Shown: positions 28,566 to 37,148 of the stretch, piece by piece
Numbering within the stretch: position 1 is the first letter of the stretch
Layout of the letters: every line of letters starts with the position of its first letter
Assembly (NCBI GenBank): GCA_044220955.1
Contig: JBGAQA010000001.1
Span: 70,962-134,961 of the forward strand
Reading direction: 5' to 3'
Length of the DNA: 64,000 bases
Source: Sandaracinaceae bacterium
GTDB lineage: Bacteria; Myxococcota_A; Polyangia; Polyangiales; Sandaracinaceae
Made by a program: the position numbers and the translations under genes
The notes under the pieces: model-generated
What the model was told of the DNA's origin: nothing
The model's input: the letters and a program-made list of their open reading frames with translations, nothing else
Database searches by the model: none

Positions 28566-29489
28566 ATGCGCGGCGGGGATCGCGTCGCCGTCGTCTCGGT
28601 CGATCTCGACGAGGTCCCCTGCTACGCGGCGATCCACGGGATCGAGACCGAGCCGGTCAGCGCACACGCGGTGTACGATCACGCGGTCGATCGCCTCGCC
28701 GATCTCTTCGCCGACGAGGACGTCCCGGCGACCTTCTTCGTGATCGGGCTCGACCTCGCGCACGGCCCGAGCGCGGCGAAGGCGCGGCAGCTCGGGGCGG
28801 CGGGGCACGAGCTCGCGAGCCACACGCTCAGCCACCACTACGACCTGACGCGGCGTGATCGCGCCACCATCGAGCGCGAGATCGCCGGCAACGAGGAGGC
28901 GTTCGCGCGCGCGGGCCTGCCGCGACCGGTCGGCTTCCGCGCGCCGGGATACACGATCACCGACACCGTGCTCGACGTCCTGCGCGAGCGCGGCTACGCG
29001 TACGACTCGAGCGTGTTCCCGAGCCCCGTCTACTACGCGGGCAAGGCGGCGTTCATCGGGCTGACCTCGCTCGCCGGGCGGCGAACGCGATCGATCCTCG
29101 ACGACCCTCGCGTGCTCACGGCGAGGACCGAGCCCTATCGCGTCGGCAGGCCGTACTGGCGCGCCGGCGACGGGATCGTGGAGCTGCCGATCGCGGTGAC
29201 GCGCGGCCTGCGGGCCCACTACATCGGGACCAGCGTCGCGATGGCCGGCGAGACCGGAGCGCGCCTCATGACGCGCGCGCTGACGGGGCGCCGCGTGGTC
29301 AGCCTCGAGCTGCACGGAATCGACGCCTCCGACGCGCGCCTGGACGGGCTCGGCTGGCTCGCTCGGCACCAGCGCGACCTCGCCGTGCCCGCGGCGAAGA
29401 AGATCGCCGCGCTGCGCGCCGCCATCCGGACCCTCCGGCAGATGGGCTACGGCTTCACGACCGCACGGCAGGCCGCGAGCCTGTTCTGA
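28566..29489 (+). CDS. Polysaccharide deacetylase family protein
   Basis: SVDLD, ATFFVIG, HELASH..SH, GFRAPGY, YDSS. Confidence 0.9.
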   Translation: MRGGDRVAVVSVDLDEVPCYAAIHGIETEPVSAHAVYDHAVDRLADLFADEDVPATFFVIGLDLAHGPSAAKARQLGAAGHELASHTLSHHYDLTRRDRATIEREIAGNEEAFARAGLPRPVGFRAPGYTITDTVLDVLRERGYAYDSSVFPSPVYYAGKAAFIGLTSLAGRRTRSILDDPRVLTARTEPYRVGRPYWRAGDGIVELPIAVTRGLRAHYIGTSVAMAGETGARLMTRALTGRRVVSLELHGIDASDARLDGLGWLARHQRDLAVPAAKKIAALRAAIRTLRQMGYGFTTARQAASLF

Positions 29490-29491
29490 CC

Positions 29492-29706
29492 TCTCAGGGG
29501 GCGTGAGCCGCCCCCTCGACGCACCGGCGGAGCCGGATGCGTCTCACCCCTCGCTCCGACTCGTCGCGTCGCTCCTCGCGAGGCACCCCGCTCGTCGCGC
29601 GCGGCCGCCGGATCGTGCCCGAGCCCCTCGTCGATTTTGGGACAGCCTTTGAGGTCTCGGGGGGCGTGGGCCGCTCCCTCGACGCACCGGCGGAGGTCGA
29701 TGCGTC
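29492..29706. repeat. Two ~51-bp imperfect direct repeats, each forming two hairpins
   Basis: 29492-29543 and 29656-29706 share tctcRgggggcgtgRgccgcYccctcgacgcaccggcggag...gatgcgtc. Confidence 0.75.
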
Positions 29707-29797
29707 GGCCCTCTCCGCGCGCGGTCGGATCCTGCGTTTGCTCACGCAACGGGTCCGCCCGAGGCGAGTAGCGTCGAGTCGTGGAGAGACGACCGGG

Positions 29798-31057
29798 ATG
29801 ACCGACCGGATCGAGCGGATGTCGGCCATCGACGCCCGCCTCGTCTCCGTCGCCAAGCGGATCCGCATCCTCGGGACGCTCTCCTGGCCGAGTCACCTGC
29901 TCGAGACGTTCCTCGACGGCTGGCGCCGCGGCGACCCCGCGCTGCCGGACCCGCCGACGCCACCCACGCACCACGACGAGAACCTGCGAGCGCTCACCGC
30001 GCTCCGGTCCGGGATCGATCAGCGCGACCCCATCGGCCGCTTCCTCGACGATACCGCAGGGAGCTACGCGATGGCGGCGCGCATGCTGGACGTGCGCGGC
30101 ACTCCGGAGTTCCTGGAGCTGGGGCGGGCGCTCTACGGCATGCCGGGCGATCCGCTGCCGGGCAACAAGCTCACCCACCTCGACGCGGCCGAGCAGCTGC
30201 TCGCCGCGACCGCCAGCTTGAAGGACGCGGGCGTGCAGCTGGAGCCGAGCTTCGTGATCAGCGCCGAGGCGGCGCGCGAGGAGATGCAGCGCGCGCTCGA
30301 CGCGTTCTTCGGCGAAGGGATCGTCCGTGCGGTGATCGACGAGGATCTCGGCAGCCGGGCGGCGGCCGGCGGGAAGAACGTGCGGATCCGCGGCAGCACC
30401 GGGTTCTCGCACGGCGAGATCGCGCAGCTGCTCGAGCACGAGGCCTACGTGCACGCAGCGACGGCGCTGAACGGACGCCATCAGCCCGTGCTCACCTCGA
30501 TGTCGCTGGCCGCACCGCGGAGCACGCTGACGCAGGAGGGCCTGGCGACGGTCGCCGAGCTGGTGACGCGCACGATCGACATCGCGCGGCTGCGGCGCAT
30601 CGCGCTCCGCATCAAGGGCATCGCGATGGCGCTCGAGGGCGCGGACTTCGTCGATGTATTCCGGTTCTTCCTCGACGAGGGCCAGAGCGAGGACGAGAGC
30701 GCCCGGAGCGCGATGCGGGTGTTCCGTGGCGGCGACGTCCGCGGCAGGTACGTCTTCACGAAGGACGTCGTGTACGTGCAGGGGCTGGTCGCCGTGCACA
30801 CGTTCCTCCGCAAGGCGATCGCGTCGCATCGGCCCGTGCTCATCGAGCGGATCTTCGCCGGACGTGTCCACCTCTCGGACGTGCTGCTGCTCGAGGAAGA
30901 CTTCGATCGCGGCGTGATCGCGCCCCCGAAGTACCTCCCCGCCTGGGCCAAGGACGTGCCCACGCTCGCCGCGTACCTCGCGTTCTCGCACGTCGCGTAC
31001 CGCATCGACGTCGGAAGCCTCGAGCTCGACGGGATCTTGCCCGCCGTCGACCTGTGA
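29798..31057 (+). CDS. QEGLA-motif (DUF1704-type) metallopeptidase-like protein
   Basis: HEAYVH followed by TQEGLA; FTKD.VY.QG. Confidence 0.88.
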   Translation: MTDRIERMSAIDARLVSVAKRIRILGTLSWPSHLLETFLDGWRRGDPALPDPPTPPTHHDENLRALTALRSGIDQRDPIGRFLDDTAGSYAMAARMLDVRGTPEFLELGRALYGMPGDPLPGNKLTHLDAAEQLLAATASLKDAGVQLEPSFVISAEAAREEMQRALDAFFGEGIVRAVIDEDLGSRAAAGGKNVRIRGSTGFSHGEIAQLLEHEAYVHAATALNGRHQPVLTSMSLAAPRSTLTQEGLATVAELVTRTIDIARLRRIALRIKGIAMALEGADFVDVFRFFLDEGQSEDESARSAMRVFRGGDVRGRYVFTKDVVYVQGLVAVHTFLRKAIASHRPVLIERIFAGRVHLSDVLLLEEDFDRGVIAPPKYLPAWAKDVPTLAAYLAFSHVAYRIDVGSLELDGILPAVDL

Positions 31058-31060
31058 CGG

Positions 31061-32416
31061 TTACTCGCGCTCCCGCGCCTTGCTCGACGCGCGCTTCGCG
31101 GCCGACCCGCGCTCCATCTTCCGGAGCAGCCGCGCCTCACGCTTGCCGTCGTCTTCGTCCGCGAGGAGGGCGTGCGTCAGCGCGCGCGCCGGGTCGCGGT
31201 GACGATGCTCGAGGCAGATCGCGAGGCGCAGGTGCGCTTCCCTCGCCTTCGGATGATCGGCGCAGAGACCGATCGCGCGCGCCAGGAGCGCGAGCTCGGC
31301 GTGCGGGTCCTTCAGCCTGCGCGCCGCGTCGGCGCCCGTCGTGAGCGCGTCGTATGCGATGCGCGCGGGAGGATCTTCGTCGGCGACCTTCTCCGCGACC
31401 TCGAGCGCGAACCGGTCCTCGCCGCCGCGCAGCGCGAGGCGCGCGATGGCCACGCGGTCCTCGGGATCGTGGTGCGCTGCCGGCGCCCTCCAGCGCTCGT
31501 CGAGCACCGCGACCAGCGCGGCCAGCGCGACGAGATCGTTCGCGTTGTGCTCGATCACGGGCGAGAGCACGTGGCCCTCCGCGCCGCGCACGAACTGCCA
31601 GTAGAGCTCGGGGATCTCGGCTCCGTCCACGTCACGGGCACGACGCATTCCCAGCACGGCCTGCTCCATCGACACCAGGCGTGCCGAGCCCACGCGCGGG
31701 CCGAACACGCGCCGCGATGCGTGCAGCAGATCGAGGTGCGCCCGCGGCACCGGCACGCGGATGCGATTCATCACGGCGCGCGTGCGCAGGAGCGGCCAGT
31801 CGAAGGACTTGCCGTTGTAGGTGACGATGCACGAGGCCCACGCGAGCCGCTCCGCGAGGCGCGTGAGCATCGGGGCTTCCTCGCCCGGGCGTCGCAAGAG
31901 GAGCTGCTCCACCTTCAGCGACTCGTCGTCGAACCAGGCCATGCCGATCAGGAAGGGCAGCGTGCCCGTGCCGCCCGAGAGGCCCGTCGTCTCGGTGTCG
32001 AGCAGCAGCATCCGCGTGGGGTCGACCTCCGCGAGCGTGGGATCGAGGGCCAGCGCGGCGAGCGAGCGGGCGTGCACCCGCAGCGCGTCGGCGATGGCGA
32101 CGCGACCGTGGCAGTGGGCCGGCTCGAGATGGTTCGACACCCGGTGCAGCGGGCCGAGCGGGGTCTCCTCGACGTGCCCGGGCAGGCCCCGATCGCGCGC
32201 GACCGCACGAGCGAGCGGCTTGTGGCTCCGGTCGGCTCGCTCCTTCTCGGCGATCAGGGCCCGCAGCCCGGCGATGCGCGCGCGCCGGGCCTCGTCGGCG
32301 GGAGAGACGAGCTCGACCGAGCTCACGTGCTCGGCGCGCTCGACCGGCTCGTCGACGACGGGCGGCGGCGACTCCGCGCGGAACAACCTCGCCAGCTTTC
32401 CCCGGAGGTCCGTCAC
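31061..32416 (-). CDS. YprB/MrfB-like RNase H-fold exonuclease with C-terminal TPR
   Basis: LDTETTGL, TYNGKSFD, HLDLLH, HNANDL; downstream of the DUF1998 helicase. Confidence 0.88.
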   Translation of the reverse strand: MTDLRGKLARLFRAESPPPVVDEPVERAEHVSSVELVSPADEARRARIAGLRALIAEKERADRSHKPLARAVARDRGLPGHVEETPLGPLHRVSNHLEPAHCHGRVAIADALRVHARSLAALALDPTLAEVDPTRMLLLDTETTGLSGGTGTLPFLIGMAWFDDESLKVEQLLLRRPGEEAPMLTRLAERLAWASCIVTYNGKSFDWPLLRTRAVMNRIRVPVPRAHLDLLHASRRVFGPRVGSARLVSMEQAVLGMRRARDVDGAEIPELYWQFVRGAEGHVLSPVIEHNANDLVALAALVAVLDERWRAPAAHHDPEDRVAIARLALRGGEDRFALEVAEKVADEDPPARIAYDALTTGADAARRLKDPHAELALLARAIGLCADHPKAREAHLRLAICLEHRHRDPARALTHALLADEDDGKREARLLRKMERGSAAKRASSKARERE

Positions 32417-32450
32417 GACGGCTCCCTGAATACCACTTTCGCCGATCGGG

Positions 32451-34919
32451 TCACGAATCGAGCCCGATCCCTGCCGCCCCGAGCACCCTCAGCGCGAGCT
32501 CCTTGAGATCGAACGTGGCCGGCGCGGCGAGCTTCGCCTCGTCGTGCACGAGGCCGGGCGGGGCCGAGGTGGTGGGGACGACGGCGCCGATGCACGCCGG
32601 GCAGCCGACCGAGCAAGCACATCCCTCGATGAGCGCACGCGCGCGGAGCAGCATCTCGTGCCGGGTCGCGAAGAGCCGCGGCGCGAGCCCGATGCCTCCG
32701 GGCACGTGATCGTAGAGAAAGACGGTCGGATCGAAGCCGCCGCCCATCGGGTCGCCCTTGCCGGGCAGCTCCCCGTCGCCCGTCCGGTCGCCGAGCGTGC
32801 GCCCGAGATCGCGCGGATCGCACATCAGACCGACCGACGCGCAGAGATGCAGAGCGTTGCCCAGGCCTCGGAGCGCGTCGACCACGATCGCGCGCTGGAC
32901 TCCGAGGGAGCGGATCAGATCCTCCGAGAACGTCCACCACACGGCGCTCGTGTGCATCTGCATCTCGGGCAGGCGCACGTCGCCGTAGCCCACGTTCTCG
33001 TGCGTGTGGAACTTGATCTTCTTGTAGCCGACGACCTTCTCGATCACCGAGACCTCGCCGTGGCCGCACGCGACGGGGAACCTCGCCCGCGCCGAGTCCT
33101 CTGCGCCGATCACGGCCCCATCGTCCTCGTGCGTGATGGCAACGCGCGTGTAGGTGAGCGCCGTCGTGTAGTAGTCGGGCGCGACCTTGCGCACGAACGC
33201 CTTGTGGTTCGGGAAGTCGAGGCGCTCGACCTGGTACTGCTCTCCGTCGTGCTGGTAGATCGCTTGCACGTGCAGCATCGTGTGTGTCGCGCGCCAGTCC
33301 ATCTCGGCGATGGTGCGGTCGCCGTCGAGGTCCACGACCACGAAGTTGTCCCAGCCGAGCGAGCGCAGGGACACGTGGGTCGCGGGGTATGCGTCCGTCG
33401 CCCAGTGGAACACCGTCTTGCCGTTCGGCCCCATCGCGCCGTGCACGACGTTCTCGCGCGCGAGGTAGGCCAGGCTGTCCAGGACGGCCTCGGGAGCGAC
33501 GTCGCCGAACGCCTCGCCCTCCTCGAAGGGCAGCTCGAAGGCGGCGCACTTCAGGTGCGAGACGAGGATCTCCACGTTGTCGGGATCGATGCGCGCCTCC
33601 TCGACGGGCGCGCCGACGACCATCGACGCGTTCTGCGCGACGTACTGATCGAGCGGCATGCTGGAGGCGACGAGCAGCGCGAGCGAGGGCTCGCTGCGCC
33701 GGCCCGCACGACCGAAGCGCTGCCAGAGCGACGCGATCGAGCCCGGGTAGCCCGCGCAGACGACCGCCTGGAGCGCGCCGATGTCGATGCCGAGCTCGAG
33801 CGCGTTCGTCGCGACCACGCAGCGCACGGCGCCGCTCCGCAGGCCCTCCTCGATGCGCCGACGCGTCTCGGGCAGGTAGCCGCTGCGATAGCCCTGGATG
33901 AGCTCGGGATCCACCTTGTCGGCCACGAGGCGGTCGCGAACGTACTTGAGCATCACCTCGATCTGGTTGCGCGACTGCCCGAACACGATGGTCGGCACCT
34001 CGTGGCGCACGAGGTCGGCCGCGAGGCGCACGGCGCTCTTCACGTAGCTCGCGCGGATACCGAGCTCGTGGTTCACGATGGGTGGGTCGTAGACGAGCAC
34101 GTGCCGGGGGCCGGCGGGCGCGCCGCTCTCGCCGACGAGCGCCACCTCCTCGCCCAGCATGCGCGCGGCGTGCTCCTTCGGATTGCCGATCGTGGCGGAG
34201 GCGAAGACGAACGTGGGCGTCGAGCCGTGAAAGCGCGCGATGCGCATCAGGCGCCGCAGCACGTTGGCGAGGTGCGAGCCGAAGACGCCGCGGTAGCTGT
34301 GCAGCTCGTCGACGACGACGTAGCGGAGCTGCGCGAAGAAGCGCGCCCACGACGCGTGGTGCGGGAGGATCCCCGCGTGGAGCATGTCCGGGTTGGTGAG
34401 CAGGATCCCGCTCCGCTCGCGCGCGACGCGCCGCGCGTCACCAGGCGTGTCGCCGTCGTAGGTGATCGCGCCGTGCGCGAGCGACGCGTCCGAGAGCAGG
34501 CCTCTCAGCGCGTTCTCCTGATCACGCGAGAGCGCCTTGGTCGGGAAGAGGTACAGCGCGCGCGCGTCTGGCTCGCGCGAGAGCGCATCGAGGACCGGCA
34601 GGTTGTAGCAGAGCGACTTGCCGGACGCGGTCGGCGTCGCGACGACGAAGTGCCGATGGTGCGCGGCGTGATCGAGCGCCTCGAGCTGGTGCGAGTAGAG
34701 CGAGGCGAGCCCGCGCTTCTCCAGCGCCGCCCGGACGGTCGGCGCCAGCGACGCCGGGATCGGCCCGGAGCGATCCGCGCGCGCCTCGACGGTTCGATCG
34801 AGCGTGAAGCATCGAGCGAGCGCAGCGTCCTCGCGCCACTCCTCGAGGAGGGCGCCGAGGCCGCGCTTGCTCGCCCAGGGCGCAGAGGGGCGCGCCAGCG
34901 GCGTGTCGGGATTCGCCAT
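32451..34919 (-). CDS. DEAD/DEAH-box helicase with DUF1998 (YprA/MrfA/Hrq1 family)
   Basis: PTASGKS, DELH, SAT, ELGIDIG, QRFGRAGR, C-terminal CACSVGCPAC. Confidence 0.93.
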   Translation of the reverse strand: MANPDTPLARPSAPWASKRGLGALLEEWREDAALARCFTLDRTVEARADRSGPIPASLAPTVRAALEKRGLASLYSHQLEALDHAAHHRHFVVATPTASGKSLCYNLPVLDALSREPDARALYLFPTKALSRDQENALRGLLSDASLAHGAITYDGDTPGDARRVARERSGILLTNPDMLHAGILPHHASWARFFAQLRYVVVDELHSYRGVFGSHLANVLRRLMRIARFHGSTPTFVFASATIGNPKEHAARMLGEEVALVGESGAPAGPRHVLVYDPPIVNHELGIRASYVKSAVRLAADLVRHEVPTIVFGQSRNQIEVMLKYVRDRLVADKVDPELIQGYRSGYLPETRRRIEEGLRSGAVRCVVATNALELGIDIGALQAVVCAGYPGSIASLWQRFGRAGRRSEPSLALLVASSMPLDQYVAQNASMVVGAPVEEARIDPDNVEILVSHLKCAAFELPFEEGEAFGDVAPEAVLDSLAYLARENVVHGAMGPNGKTVFHWATDAYPATHVSLRSLGWDNFVVVDLDGDRTIAEMDWRATHTMLHVQAIYQHDGEQYQVERLDFPNHKAFVRKVAPDYYTTALTYTRVAITHEDDGAVIGAEDSARARFPVACGHGEVSVIEKVVGYKKIKFHTHENVGYGDVRLPEMQMHTSAVWWTFSEDLIRSLGVQRAIVVDALRGLGNALHLCASVGLMCDPRDLGRTLGDRTGDGELPGKGDPMGGGFDPTVFLYDHVPGGIGLAPRLFATRHEMLLRARALIEGCACSVGCPACIGAVVPTTSAPPGLVHDEAKLAAPATFDLKELALRVLGAAGIGLDS

Positions 34920-34973
34920 GCCCGCCACTGTACGGGCGACCAGGACACGGAGGCAAGTGTTCAGCCCGCCGGG

Positions 34974-35027
34974 CGGGGTCACTCCACACCCTCTTAACCA
35001 GCTGGAATCGGGTGTGGAGTGACCCCG
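34974..35027. repeat. Perfect 18-bp inverted repeat (REP-like), 18-nt loop
   Basis: CGGGGTCACTCCACACCC ... GGGTGTGGAGTGACCCCG. Confidence 0.9.
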
Positions 35028-35552
35028 TTAGCGGACGACCTGGGAGGGGTAGGTGCCGGGGGTCGTGGTGAAGCCGATGGAGTACGTGCTCATCATCGCG
35101 CCCTCGGAGTAGGCGCCGACGTAGACGGAGTAGTCGCCGGCGGGTGCGCCGGAGATCTCGACGAGCGGGTTCACCCCGTTGTTGGGATCGCCCGAGTCGT
35201 CGTTGCAGTAGACGTTGCCGTTCGGTGCGCGGACGAAGAGCGTCGTGTCCTCGGAGCCGTTGACGAGCACGCGCAGGAGCGGGAGCGCCGCGTCGAGGTG
35301 CAGCGTGTGCTGGGGCATGGTCGGGATGCTGCCCGGACAGCCGTTGCCGTTCGCGTCGACCGCCGCGAGCGTGCTCGCCGCCACGGTGCCGCCGGCCTGC
35401 CCGCTCGACGTGGTCGGATCCGGCGTGAAGCCGGGGCCCGAGAGCGTGATCGTCTCGGTCGCAGACGGGCGATGGCGCCCCATGCAGCAGCCGGGCGCGA
35501 GGGCCAGCGAGAGCATCGCGATGGTGATCGTGACGACGGCGCCGTTCGTCAT
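35028..35552 (-). CDS. Secreted/lipoprotein with a PPC-like beta domain
   Basis: Signal peptide with Cys; GFTPDP, DTTLFV..PNG...CNDD, GDYSVYVG. Confidence 0.7.
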   Translation of the reverse strand: MTNGAVVTITIAMLSLALAPGCCMGRHRPSATETITLSGPGFTPDPTTSSGQAGGTVAASTLAAVDANGNGCPGSIPTMPQHTLHLDAALPLLRVLVNGSEDTTLFVRAPNGNVYCNDDSGDPNNGVNPLVEISGAPAGDYSVYVGAYSEGAMMSTYSIGFTTTPGTYPSQVVR

Positions 35553-35581
35553 AGGCTGCTTTTCTCTCCCGAGGACGAACC

Positions 35582-36364
35582 GTGCGCAAGACCTCTTCTT
35601 CCATCGCCGACGTGCCCGACCTCGGGGCGATCGAGAAGTTCCTGCACGACACCGCGATCGGAGGCGCGGGCCTGCGCCTGCGCGACGAGGACCGGAAGAA
35701 GGCGCGCGAGCTCGAGGGGCTCTTGCCCGAGATCGCGCGGGCGCTCGAGGGCCGCGCCGCACCCCGGATGGTCGACGCCGCGTGCGGCAGCGGCTGGGTC
35801 GGCCTCGCGACCCTGGCGCTCCTTCAGCCGGCGGCCCTCCGCGTGACGGCGATCGAGCGGGCCCCTCGGTACGCCGCGCGCGCGCGGACTCTCGGTGCCA
35901 TCGCGGACGCAGGCGCGCTCACGGTGGTCGAGGCCGACGTCGCCGACCCGAGCGCGTGGCCCGAGGCCCCGGATCTCGTCGTCGCCCTGCACGCGTGCGG
36001 CGCCGCGAGCGACCTCGTGATCGAGCGCGCCGCGGCGGCGAGCGCGCGCACCCTCCTCGTCGTCCCCTGCTGCGTGGCGAGCACGCTCCCGCTCGCGAAG
36101 CTCGCCGCAGCGAAGGCCGACGCGATGGGCCTGCCCCGCCCCGGACCGGTGCGACGCCGCTTCGTGGAGGCGTTCGTTCTCGGCGCGCGCCTGCTCACCA
36201 TGGAGTCGCTCGGCTACGCGACGGAAGCCGTCGCGTTCGTCGGTGAGACGGTGACGCCCTACAACGTCGCGCTGCGCGGCCGCCGCGGCCGCGACCGGAC
36301 CCGCATCGCGCACGCGACGAACGAGCTCGCGCGGCTCACGTCGCGCCCGGGTGCTTCGCGATGA
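35582..36364 (+). CDS. SAM-dependent methyltransferase
   Basis: VDAACGSG, VALHACGAASD, VPCC. Confidence 0.85.
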   Translation: MRKTSSSIADVPDLGAIEKFLHDTAIGGAGLRLRDEDRKKARELEGLLPEIARALEGRAAPRMVDAACGSGWVGLATLALLQPAALRVTAIERAPRYAARARTLGAIADAGALTVVEADVADPSAWPEAPDLVVALHACGAASDLVIERAAAASARTLLVVPCCVASTLPLAKLAAAKADAMGLPRPGPVRRRFVEAFVLGARLLTMESLGYATEAVAFVGETVTPYNVALRGRRGRDRTRIAHATNELARLTSRPGASR

Positions 36365-37148
36365 AGGCCGACAGGATCGCCGCGACCTTCTCGGGCGCCT
36401 CGGTCGGGAAGTCGTGCGCGCAGCCCGCGAGCGTGACGAGCTCGGAGCCGGGAATGCGCTGGTGGAGCTGCCTCGAGTTCTCGGGCGGGATGAGCCGGTC
36501 GCGATCGCCGACGACGATCATCACCGGCATCTTCAGCGACGCGACGTCCCCCGACGCGTCGTGACGGGCGGCCGCGAGGAGCTGGCCCACGAGCGAGAGG
36601 CCGTTGCGCGGCTCGCGCAGCGCGATCGCCACCCACGCGTCGACCACGTCGGGACGCGTGCGCACGAACTCGGGGTCGAGGGTGATCGGCGCGGTCGAGC
36701 GCATCATCGCCTCGGTGCTCATCGTCGCGGTCCGCAGGAACGACGCCACGACCCAGGCAGGGACCGGCTTCCGCTCGCGACCCCCGAACGTGGTCGCGCC
36801 CAGCGTCAGCGTGCGCACGAGCGAGGGATGCCGCAGCGCCAGGTGCTGCACGACCATCCCGCCGAGCGAGATGCCGAAGACGTGGCAGCTCCCGACCTCG
36901 CGCAGCACGGCGGCGCAGTCCTCCGCCATGTCCTCCACACGAAAACCCGGCCGGACCGCGCTGCTCCGCCCGACGCCCCGGTTGTCGAGCACGACGACGT
37001 GGTGCTCGCGCTCCAGCATCGGCCGCAGATCGAGCCAGTAGCTGCTCGAGCGCGCCAGACCGCGCACGAGCAGGATCGGCGGCCCGCCCGGCGCGCCGCC
37101 CTGCTCCCAGAAGATCCGCACGCCGCCCGGCCGCTCGACGAAGGGCAT
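36336..37148 (-). CDS. Alpha/beta hydrolase
   Basis: DNRGVGRS, GISLGG, GDRD.L, CAH; start MPFVER coupled to the prlC stop. Confidence 0.9.
   Translation of the reverse strand: MPFVERPGGVRIFWEQGGAPGGPPILLVRGLARSSSYWLDLRPMLEREHHVVVLDNRGVGRSSAVRPGFRVEDMAEDCAAVLREVGSCHVFGISLGGMVVQHLALRHPSLVRTLTLGATTFGGRERKPVPAWVVASFLRTATMSTEAMMRSTAPITLDPEFVRTRPDVVDAWVAIALREPRNGLSLVGQLLAAARHDASGDVASLKMPVMIVVGDRDRLIPPENSRQLHQRIPGSELVTLAGCAHDFPTEAPEKVAAILSAFIAKHPGAT

Noticed and set aside
31061..34919. DUF1998 helicase as part of a DISARM/Druantia defence system
   Set aside because: It is paired with a YprB-like exonuclease as in the known MrfAB repair pair; no DNA methylase, PLD or other drm genes.
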